Below, piece after piece: positions 17,533-24,900 of a DNA stretch of 63,932 nucleotides. The translations under genes and the position numbers were made by a program. Under the pieces are notes generated by a model. The model was not told where the DNA came from and searched no databases. It saw only the letters and a program-made list of their open reading frames with translations. Source of the DNA: Candidatus Levyibacteriota bacterium. Lineage in GTDB: Bacteria; Patescibacteriota; Microgenomatia; Levybacterales; UBA12049. The number at the start of each line of letters is the position of its first letter. Position 1 is the first letter of the stretch. The stretch lies in the NCBI GenBank assembly GCA_052034235.1, contig JBPOIT010000010.1, positions 1-63,932 of the forward strand, read 5' to 3'.

Positions 17533-18804
17533 CTATTCGTAATCAACTATGGGAAAAAGTTTAAGCGAATCAACTGCTTCTTTCAAATTGTATGCCTTCT
17601 CACTATAAAAGGTACAAATTGGCCTGTTAGCAGTTACGTGATCCCCAATCTTTTTATAAAAATACATACCGGCTTTCTTTTGAGCAGGAGCTCCGAGTAT
17701 CTTGGCGAGCGTTGAAACATTTTTACTCTGAATCCCTTTGAGAACACCACTTCTGGTAGCTAACACATCATGTGTAAATTTGCCAGGTTTGAGATCACCG
17801 CTCATTATAGCAGAATTACCACCCTGTGCAGCAATTATTTCTCTCATTTTTTTAAGCGCATGACCGCTGGTTAAAATATACTCTGCCCACTTTCGTCCAT
17901 CACCAAATTCCTCTTTGATCTGTGTTTTCAGAGACTTTCTTGCATCTTCAAGACAGAGATCAAGAAGTAGTCCAGCAAGTTTGAGTGCTTTTTGTTCGAG
18001 ATCCAAAGGTCTGTCTTCTAATTGTTCAAGTACTTTTAATGCTTCCTTTGCTTCCAGTAATGGACCAATACCTCTTCCTGCAGGTTCGGTTGTCTCGTGT
18101 ACGTTTACGAGCAATTTCACGCCAAATTTCCTTGCCAGCATCTCAAATTTAGCGCCAAGCTTCTGAGCATTCTCATACGTATGTATCTTAACGTGCTTGC
18201 CATACGGAAGGTCAATGACAATGTGATTTGAGCCAAAAGCAATTTTCTTGGCCATAATTGAAACCAGTACCTTATCAAAACTTTCAAGAGATAATGGCTC
18301 TTCGACACGGATCAATTCATCATCTGCTGGTGCTATATCAACTCCGCCTCCCCATACGATACAACCATTTGCCTTTTCAACAATCTTATAAATTTCTTCT
18401 TTATCAAAGGTGACTGGGGCAAATACTTCCATGTCATCAGCTGTTCCTCCAGGGGTGGTGATAGCACGGCTAGAACTTTTGGGTATGACGAAACCAGCGG
18501 CAGCGACAATTGGGGTAACGATCATAGTCGTTCTTGTTCCCGGCACTCCACCGATTGAATGTTTATCAGCGACAATTCCCTTAAAATGCAGTTCTTCGCC
18601 AGTTGCGATCATCGCACGTGTGAGCGAAAAAAGTTCGTCGTCATTAAAACCCGTTGTATAACCTGCTGCTGCAAAATAAGTGGTCAATATAGGACTGAGG
18701 CGCTGATGAGAAATTTCATCCATAATAGAGTAAATTTCTTTGTATGTTAAGCGTTTGCCTGACAGTTTTTTTTGAATTGCTTCTAGAGCCAGGGCGTCCT
18801 GCAT
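17533..18804 (-). CDS. Thymidine phosphorylase family protein, archaeal AMP-phosphorylase-like subtype
   Basis: DKHSIGGVPGTRTT..PIVAAAG..IPKSSSRAITTPGGTADDMEV matches the archaeal/AMPpase-type motif and differs from E. coli DeoA (DKHSTGGVGD...SGRGLGHTGGTLDKLE). A GGAGG SD lies 6 nt upstream of the ATG. Confidence 0.75.
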   Translation of the reverse strand: MQDALALEAIQKKLSGKRLTYKEIYSIMDEISHQRLSPILTTYFAAAGYTTGFNDDELFSLTRAMIATGEELHFKGIVADKHSIGGVPGTRTTMIVTPIVAAAGFVIPKSSSRAITTPGGTADDMEVFAPVTFDKEEIYKIVEKANGCIVWGGGVDIAPADDELIRVEEPLSLESFDKVLVSIMAKKIAFGSNHIVIDLPYGKHVKIHTYENAQKLGAKFEMLARKFGVKLLVNVHETTEPAGRGIGPLLEAKEALKVLEQLEDRPLDLEQKALKLAGLLLDLCLEDARKSLKTQIKEEFGDGRKWAEYILTSGHALKKMREIIAAQGGNSAIMSGDLKPGKFTHDVLATRSGVLKGIQSKNVSTLAKILGAPAQKKAGMYFYKKIGDHVTANRPICTFYSEKAYNLKEAVDSLKLFPIVDYE

Positions 18805-18807
18805 ATG

Positions 18808-18951
18808 TTAGCCTCCTTTGATCATCTGCATTGCTGTTCTGAAAAATGTGCGTATTAAGTTAAGAAGAAAATAAAAGACAATGTTTAGTACTTTATTAAT
18901 CGCAGGCCATACCTTTTTGAGTAAAATCATGAAGCGGGAATCTTGTTTCAT
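18808..18951 (-). CDS. Possible 47-aa small hydrophobic protein (not in ORF track)
   Basis: An ATG at 18951 opens a frame reading MKQDSRFMILLKKVWPAINKVLNIVFYFLLNLIRTFFRTAMQMIKGG, with the stop at 18808-18810. It fills the only gap in an otherwise tightly packed minus-strand operon, and its 3' end carries the SD of the next gene. Confidence 0.25.
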   Translation of the reverse strand: MKQDSRFMILLKKVWPAINKVLNIVFYFLLNLIRTFFRTAMQMIKGG

Positions 18952-18964
18952 AGTTTGAGTGTTC

Positions 18965-19699
18965 TTATATCTTCTCAAGTTTTGACTTAATAATCAACCG
19001 TTTCCACACAGTCCCGGGTGGTGTACAGGTAATAATTGTTAAATAACTATCATCAAACTCCTGTGTGAGGTACGAAGTATCTTCAGCATCAACGACGTTT
19101 ATATTAATAATCCGATATTTATAGACTGTATTGTTTATCTCGACATTAAGCATATCATCGACCTCAAGTGTATGAGCTTTTGCAAATATGGTTTTGTAAT
19201 TAGTCGGATCAAAAAGCTGCGGGAGCGTTGAATGCCCAAAGACGGCCGCTGTGCCCTTGCTTGGCGGCAGCGCTGTGCCAGGGAAGTGGACGAGATGCAT
19301 GTCCACATTGGTATCAAGTGTCGAAACGTAAGCATTATTTATTGAGAGTTTAGGAATTGAAACGGAATATGAAGAGGTTTGTCCAGTGACTTGTGTTCCT
19401 TTGTATGAGCTCGACGGAAACCAGTTTTGTACGTTAGAAAAATCTCCGGAGGCAAACGGATTACGGACATTATCAAGCAAACTTTCAATATATTGTTTGG
19501 TGATTACTGTTGTTTTTGGAATTGGGGATGCAAATGACTGGCTTGCAAAAACAGGTTTCATATAAAGTTCCCATGAGATAAGTGGGAAAAAAATATAAAG
19601 TCCTACAAAAAAACTTGTCACTGAAACACCCAGCCCAAAAAAGCGGATTATTTTTCGGATATTTCTCGTTTTCCCTTTTGCGTAAACCCGGGCTTTCAT
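18965..19699 (-). CDS. Sortase family transpeptidase
   Basis: An N-terminal TM anchor, the catalytic His context (AAVFGHS), the TLxTC motif (YLTIITCTPPG) and a downstream Arg (WKRLII). Confidence 0.75.
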   Translation of the reverse strand: MKARVYAKGKTRNIRKIIRFFGLGVSVTSFFVGLYIFFPLISWELYMKPVFASQSFASPIPKTTVITKQYIESLLDNVRNPFASGDFSNVQNWFPSSSYKGTQVTGQTSSYSVSIPKLSINNAYVSTLDTNVDMHLVHFPGTALPPSKGTAAVFGHSTLPQLFDPTNYKTIFAKAHTLEVDDMLNVEINNTVYKYRIININVVDAEDTSYLTQEFDDSYLTIITCTPPGTVWKRLIIKSKLEKI

Positions 19700-19704
19700 A
19701 TAAG

Positions 19705-22065
19705 TTATTGTGATGTAATGACAACTTTAATTTTTTTAGGCAAGCTGGGGAAGAATTGCGGCAGGAATGGAATTCCCGGTGAGAATTTAATCTCACTTGT
19801 TGCTATTTGCGGCAAATTGGCGAGTTTATCTTTTGCTTCACCGTACGATTTTCCCTGCAACCCTTCGGCCACTTCAGTGGTGTCTATTTTTGGTAATACT
19901 CCTGCTTCAATATTGACTGTTGCTTCCATTTCTTTCTCTTCATTCTGTTTAGCTTCTTTTACTTCAGCCTTGACTGTGTCTTCAGCAAAACTGACATCAT
20001 CTGATTGGTCTTTTTTCAAGATAGCTTTTGCATACTCTTCCAAATCCTTATTACTAAATGACATACCGTCAAAAACGACACTTGCCTTTAAGGTGACTTT
20101 TTTCGCTTCTTCATCAACTTTTTTATCATAGGTTGCTTTTTCCAGTGAGTTGGTTGCAAAGTATGGGAGTACTGTCTCTTCGCTTGACGCTTTTTGTTCA
20201 ATAGCGCTTTTTGCTTTGCTCTGCAGTGATTTTGGAAGGTCGGTTCGGAGTTTAGCCAGATCGTCTTTCGAAACAACGGTAACAGCTTTTTTTGAGCCGC
20301 CTGAAAAAGCGCCATCATTTTTTCCAGCAAGTGATGCATTACTCCCGACACTAAACTTTGTGTTTGATGGGAGATTCTGTTCGGAGCCTATTTCTTTTGC
20401 AGCAACGGTGACATCTGTTGTTCCAGGCTTTGTTCCTGAAAAAATATCGCCTGAAGCTGAAGCAACGGTGATATCTTTATCAGTTACAAAAACGAGACCA
20501 TTACTGGATTTAATTTCAGTTCCGCTTGGAAGATTTACTTTACCTGATGAATTATTAAAAATGGTTACCGTTCCTTTCGCTTTTTCGCCAACATCTTTTT
20601 TTCCAGTTGCGTCTGTTGAAACTTCTCCATCAACTGTTACGGTAAGATCCTTTGTTGCGATGACATTCTTTGAGAAATCACTACTTGCTGTTGTTGAAAA
20701 TGTCGTTTTTGTGGTTTGGTTAACCATGTTTGGCTTCATGGCGAGTTCTACTGTTGCTTCGACATTATAAAGATAAAAAATTGCGAGCCCAACAACAGCT
20801 GAGATAAGTAGAGAAATTATAATAAGTGGAAGAATAATCTTTTTGTTTCTACTCAAAGCAAGGACATTTTTACCTTTCAAGCCACTTATCGTTGGCATTT
20901 TTATCCCTGACAAAAAGGCAAGTGGCCCGCGTTTCTTATTATCGTCTTCATCTTCCTCTTCGTCTTCATCGGTTTCGTCATCTTCAGTCGGAACATGCAG
21001 TTGTTGCGCGTGTGTTGGTTTGTTATGAAGGAGTCCGTGATGTGAGATCTCTGCACCGTGATGTTCTGGAGCTTTCTCTTCGGATGCTTCTTCTTCAGGG
21101 ACCTCAGCAATATGCGGCATTGTCGCAACATCTTTGTCGGTAACGAATCCAAAATTATCTGCTCGTATAAGTTTTGGAGTGAGTTCTTCCTCTTCTGGTA
21201 GTTTTTCGACTTCAGGCGTAGGTTCTGTTTCGGACTCGGATTCAAGCTCTGCTTCGTGTTTGTCAGTTGGGGGAGTGATTGTTTTTGGTAAATCTTTTTC
21301 GAGGCCCAGAAGTTCAAATCCCATTTGAGATGCTGCCCCAAACGCAACGGCGCGAGCTTCAAATCCCGCTGGCAGAACAGTGATTTGCGGCACGTGTAAA
21401 AATGGTAATGCTTTGCTCCATTGGTGAGTGATAAACTGTTGCGAGAGTTTTTCAGAACCTTCTGCGTCATAAAGGATGAGTCGTGCAGGAAGTACAGGGA
21501 CAGTAAAATGTCTCAGAAGCATATCAACAGTCATTGGTGGAGAGAATTCTTTAAAAGGTCCGTGGACTGATTCAATCTTTTTTCCGCCGCGCAGAAGACT
21601 CAGAACGACGCCGGTTTTGCCAATCTCAGCCATAATTGCTGAAAGTGGAGCCCCTTCTTCTTCTTGGATAAGATGTGTTACAGCTTCGCTCGTGACCATG
21701 AATCCGATCGGTGTTAAATCGAGACTGTCACAAACTTTTTTAAGCTGTGTTAAATGTGTTTTCTTTATTTTTTTTGTTTCTTCTTCTACCCAGCTCTCTT
21801 TGACGCCAAAAACTGTGTCGTGTGTCTCAATACTTGGAGGAAGTGCTTCCTCAGCTCTGGAAAGTGCTTTATCGACCACTTCAATGAGTTCTTCAAGGGA
21901 TACGTGTTCAAGTGGTGTTGAAAAGAATTCTTGGCGGCTTCCAAGTATTTTTATTTTGCCGAGTTCTTCATGGAGAATAACTGCTGTAGCTTTTTCGTCT
22001 GTCAGCAGTAATGCGAGGTAAAAACCTGTATCTTCTTTTTTCTTTGTGAGAAAGGGCAGTTTCAT
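19705..22065 (-). CDS. Chimeric membrane protein: actin/FtsA-PilM-like cytoplasmic domain, acidic linker, TM helix, beta-rich (baseplate-J-like?) ectodomain
   Basis: Residues ~1-255 follow an ASKHA-like pattern (FYLALLLTDEKATAVIL; TPIGFMVTSEAVTHLI; AIMAEIGKTGVVLSLLRGGK). Residues ~256-400 are E/D-rich. The TM helix IILPLIIISLLISAVVGLAIFYLY is encoded at ~20768-20839. The 354-aa ectodomain is T/S/V/K-rich (VTVDGEVSTDATGKKDVGEKAKGTVTIFNNSSGKVNLPSGTEI). Confidence 0.55.
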   Translation of the reverse strand: MKLPFLTKKKEDTGFYLALLLTDEKATAVILHEELGKIKILGSRQEFFSTPLEHVSLEELIEVVDKALSRAEEALPPSIETHDTVFGVKESWVEEETKKIKKTHLTQLKKVCDSLDLTPIGFMVTSEAVTHLIQEEEGAPLSAIMAEIGKTGVVLSLLRGGKKIESVHGPFKEFSPPMTVDMLLRHFTVPVLPARLILYDAEGSEKLSQQFITHQWSKALPFLHVPQITVLPAGFEARAVAFGAASQMGFELLGLEKDLPKTITPPTDKHEAELESESETEPTPEVEKLPEEEELTPKLIRADNFGFVTDKDVATMPHIAEVPEEEASEEKAPEHHGAEISHHGLLHNKPTHAQQLHVPTEDDETDEDEEEDEDDNKKRGPLAFLSGIKMPTISGLKGKNVLALSRNKKIILPLIIISLLISAVVGLAIFYLYNVEATVELAMKPNMVNQTTKTTFSTTASSDFSKNVIATKDLTVTVDGEVSTDATGKKDVGEKAKGTVTIFNNSSGKVNLPSGTEIKSSNGLVFVTDKDITVASASGDIFSGTKPGTTDVTVAAKEIGSEQNLPSNTKFSVGSNASLAGKNDGAFSGGSKKAVTVVSKDDLAKLRTDLPKSLQSKAKSAIEQKASSEETVLPYFATNSLEKATYDKKVDEEAKKVTLKASVVFDGMSFSNKDLEEYAKAILKKDQSDDVSFAEDTVKAEVKEAKQNEEKEMEATVNIEAGVLPKIDTTEVAEGLQGKSYGEAKDKLANLPQIATSEIKFSPGIPFLPQFFPSLPKKIKVVITSQ

Positions 22066-22068
22066 AAG

Positions 22069-23901
22069 TTAACCAACAACAGCATATAGCCTCCGGTATC
22101 CTTTACCCAGAGACTCTTGTTTTATAATCTTAAACGATTTTACACGGCTTGTAAAATCCACGTGCGGTCCGCCGCAAAATTCAATGCTATATGCCTTTTT
22201 TGGATGCGTTGCATCTCCTCCGATAAAGTAAATTTTGGAGGTTTCCTGATAGGTATCTTCAAAAAGTCCAATAGCGCCCATGTCCTTTGCATCCTTTGTC
22301 GGGATCATTTCAAAATGAACTGGTAAGTTTGCTGAGATTTTTTCATTAACAGTTTCCTCGAGTTCCTTAATCTGCTCATCTGTCAGTTTTTGGTCATAGT
22401 TAAAGTCAAATCGCACACGCTCAGTTGTGATATTGGAACCTGACTGGTGGACCTTTGTTCCCAGCATATCTCGTATTGCCTGATGCAAGAGATGCGTTGC
22501 TGTATGTCCCATGATTGTTCGCTCCTGATGATCTGCCAAACCTCCTCTAAATTTTTGTTCAGCGCCTTTACGCGATAAATCTTTATGCGCTTTCATTTTC
22601 TCGGCAAATGCCTGTTTGTCAAAGACATAGCCGAGACTTTCAATTTGCGTTGGTGATAAACCGTGTGATGTATACAGATAAAACGCGTCATCGACACTGA
22701 TTTCTGAAACCCCCATCAATTCATCGCCATATTTTTTGACAATATACGAGCGAGCTTTGGTAAGCGTCGCACTATATTTTTCGATTTCTTCAAGGAGCGT
22801 AAGTTTGATCGTTTCAAATTTTTCAATCAACTGTGGATCGGTATCTTTGTATTGTTCAACAACAGCTTCAATAACACGATCAATCTCTCTGCCTTCTAAT
22901 TGTGAAAAATGATCATATGCCCGACGGATTAGCCTCCGCAAAATATACCCTTGGTCTCTATTTGATGGCTGGACATTTTCTGCAGAAATAAAGGTGCTTG
23001 CCAACATATGGTCGGCAATAATACGCATGGATTGTTCATTGTCACTGTAGGATTTATCTGTGGTTTTGACAATTGCGTCAATAATCGGTTTAAGAAGGCT
23101 TGTTTGGAAAACATCAGGTTGGTTCTCCATGGCAAGTAATTGCCGTTCAAGTCCACCCCCGAAATCAACATTCGGTTTGGGAAGCGGTGTGAGTGTGCCA
23201 TCTTGTTCTTTTCGATACTGCATAAAAACACTATTGGCAATTTCTATATACCGGCCGCAATCACAATTCACGTGGCATTGCTCATTTTTGAAAATACTTT
23301 TTTCATGGATCTTGCGTTCTGGTCCAAAATCAAAAAAGATCTCACTATCAGGGCCGCCTGGTTCACCCGCGGGCATTTTATCAGGAGGTCCTGAGCGTGA
23401 CCACCAGTTCTTTCCTGCCGGATAGGAAAAAACGCGTTCATTTTCTTCTGCTTCGATCCCAACGTTTTTAAACAGCTCTTTCCAGATATTGATACTTACC
23501 GTATCTTTTTCAACTTCCTTATTGCCTTCAAAAACCGTCACATATAACTTTTGAGGATCAATGCCGAGTTCCTCAGTCAAAAAACCAAAAATCCATGGCA
23601 ATTGTTCTTTTTTGAAGTAATCACCCAGACTCCAGTTTCCAAGCATTCGGAAAAATGTTGTATGACGGTTATCGCCGATCTCTTCGATATCAACTGCACG
23701 GAATGAATTTTGTACATTCACTAATCGTGTCCCCAATGGATGCTTCTCACCAAGTAGATACGGAACAAGTGGTTGCATGCCACTTGAGGTAAAAAGTGTC
23801 GTTGGATCATTCTGCGGGACGAGTGGGGAATTAGCAATACGCTTATGCCCATGCTTCTCAAAATAGGCAATATATTTATCAACAATATCCGAGGCTTTCA
23901 T
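22069..23901 (-). CDS. alaS: Alanine--tRNA ligase, short form lacking the C-Ala domain
   Basis: The AlaRS catalytic core (TTLFTSSGMQPLVPY, FRMLGNWSLGDYFK) and the editing domain (HTATHLLHQAIR; CGGPHV) are present. The protein ends after the editing domain at 610 aa. Confidence 0.9.
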   Translation of the reverse strand: MKASDIVDKYIAYFEKHGHKRIANSPLVPQNDPTTLFTSSGMQPLVPYLLGEKHPLGTRLVNVQNSFRAVDIEEIGDNRHTTFFRMLGNWSLGDYFKKEQLPWIFGFLTEELGIDPQKLYVTVFEGNKEVEKDTVSINIWKELFKNVGIEAEENERVFSYPAGKNWWSRSGPPDKMPAGEPGGPDSEIFFDFGPERKIHEKSIFKNEQCHVNCDCGRYIEIANSVFMQYRKEQDGTLTPLPKPNVDFGGGLERQLLAMENQPDVFQTSLLKPIIDAIVKTTDKSYSDNEQSMRIIADHMLASTFISAENVQPSNRDQGYILRRLIRRAYDHFSQLEGREIDRVIEAVVEQYKDTDPQLIEKFETIKLTLLEEIEKYSATLTKARSYIVKKYGDELMGVSEISVDDAFYLYTSHGLSPTQIESLGYVFDKQAFAEKMKAHKDLSRKGAEQKFRGGLADHQERTIMGHTATHLLHQAIRDMLGTKVHQSGSNITTERVRFDFNYDQKLTDEQIKELEETVNEKISANLPVHFEMIPTKDAKDMGAIGLFEDTYQETSKIYFIGGDATHPKKAYSIEFCGGPHVDFTSRVKSFKIIKQESLGKGYRRLYAVVG

Positions 23902-23909
23902 ACCTTCGT

Positions 23910-23918
23910 ATTATACCA
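23910..23918 (-). promoter_or_regulatory. Candidate extended -10 (TGgTATAAT) 8 nt upstream of the alaS ATG
   Basis: The minus strand reads TGGTATAAT ACGAAGGT ATG. Confidence 0.45.
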
Positions 23919-24019
23919 TGAAATTCATCGAGCACATAGGTTCGTAGATTGGGCAGTTGCTTTCTCTTTTGCGTTAGTCTAAGCTTAAAAACGGAAGAGC
24001 TTATACACTATCGTCACAT

Positions 24020-24865
24020 ATGATTAAATCAGTGTCAACGACTGCCTTACTAGAAAAACCGTCTCCTCAGTTAGATTATTTACTCCATTCAAACTTACTT
24101 ACTCCCACAAAGAAAACACAAGAAAAAATTGTTAAAACAATTAGTACCTTAAAACTGGAGGATTGCGAACTCTTTTATAGTGAACTTCGAAAAAGAAAGC
24201 TATTTAAGCAGCCTTATCCGCTTCAAAATAATAGACTGAGAAGAAAAAAGCGGACGAAACATTATATTCAGACTATTAAAAAAATAACTGAACCGTTTGT
24301 GCAATCTATAGTGGCAAAGAGTAAATTCTGTGATTTGGGATGCGGAAGCGGGGTTATTACCGTTGGAGTACTCAATGCGTATCTCAAAAAAGGAGGTAAA
24401 ATTTATGGGTGTGATGTGACGAATTATATTGATAGTTCATTGAAGAAATATATTACCTTTACTAAGTCAGATTTTTCTCCATATCTCAAACGAGTTCAAA
24501 ATGATTATTTTGACGGGATTATGGAAATTGTGATGCTTCATCATCTTTCTTCAAAAACCAAATTTGTATTATGTTTGAAAGAAATGATAAGAGTAACAAA
24601 ACCCGGTGGGTTGATTATCCTTGTGGAAACTGTCCATACGAGCTGGCATGAACTGCTGAAAAACGCTGTTTTAGATAAACTACTTAATGAACGAACAAAT
24701 AGAGAATTGGATTGTCAGATACCCGTGCCGTTAACCTTTCTCTCTGACGATGAAATAAATAACGTTCTTCAAAAGCTAAAAATTGTGATTCTAAAAGAGT
24801 CTCGCTTCAAACCTTCTGCCTCAGATCCAAAAATTCATAAGATCTATATTTGTCGCAAAATCTAG
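24020..24865 (+). CDS. Class I SAM-dependent methyltransferase, substrate unknown
   Basis: Motif I (FCDLGCGSGVITVG), post-I (IYGCDV) and KPGGLIILVE are present. There are no DNA-MTase motifs (no DPPY/NPPY or PC-type). The region looks more AT-rich than its neighbours by eye. Confidence 0.65.
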   Translation: MIKSVSTTALLEKPSPQLDYLLHSNLLTPTKKTQEKIVKTISTLKLEDCELFYSELRKRKLFKQPYPLQNNRLRRKKRTKHYIQTIKKITEPFVQSIVAKSKFCDLGCGSGVITVGVLNAYLKKGGKIYGCDVTNYIDSSLKKYITFTKSDFSPYLKRVQNDYFDGIMEIVMLHHLSSKTKFVLCLKEMIRVTKPGGLIILVETVHTSWHELLKNAVLDKLLNERTNRELDCQIPVPLTFLSDDEINNVLQKLKIVILKESRFKPSASDPKIHKIYICRKI

Positions 24866-24900
24866 GTTGTATTTTTATACCTTTTTTTCTTCTTACAAAT

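Noticed and set aside
19705-22065. Interpreting the baseplate-J-like ectodomain as evidence of a prophage or tailocin.
   Set aside because: No other phage, tail, integrase or lysis genes are present, and the gene is embedded in a housekeeping operon. The similarity itself is only an impression that needs HMM confirmation.
23902-24019. A T-box, riboswitch or other leader RNA upstream of alaS, serS (48593-48644) or pdxS (57490-57541).
   Set aside because: The distance between the promoter-like box and the ATG is 12 nt or less in each case, leaving no room for a structured leader.
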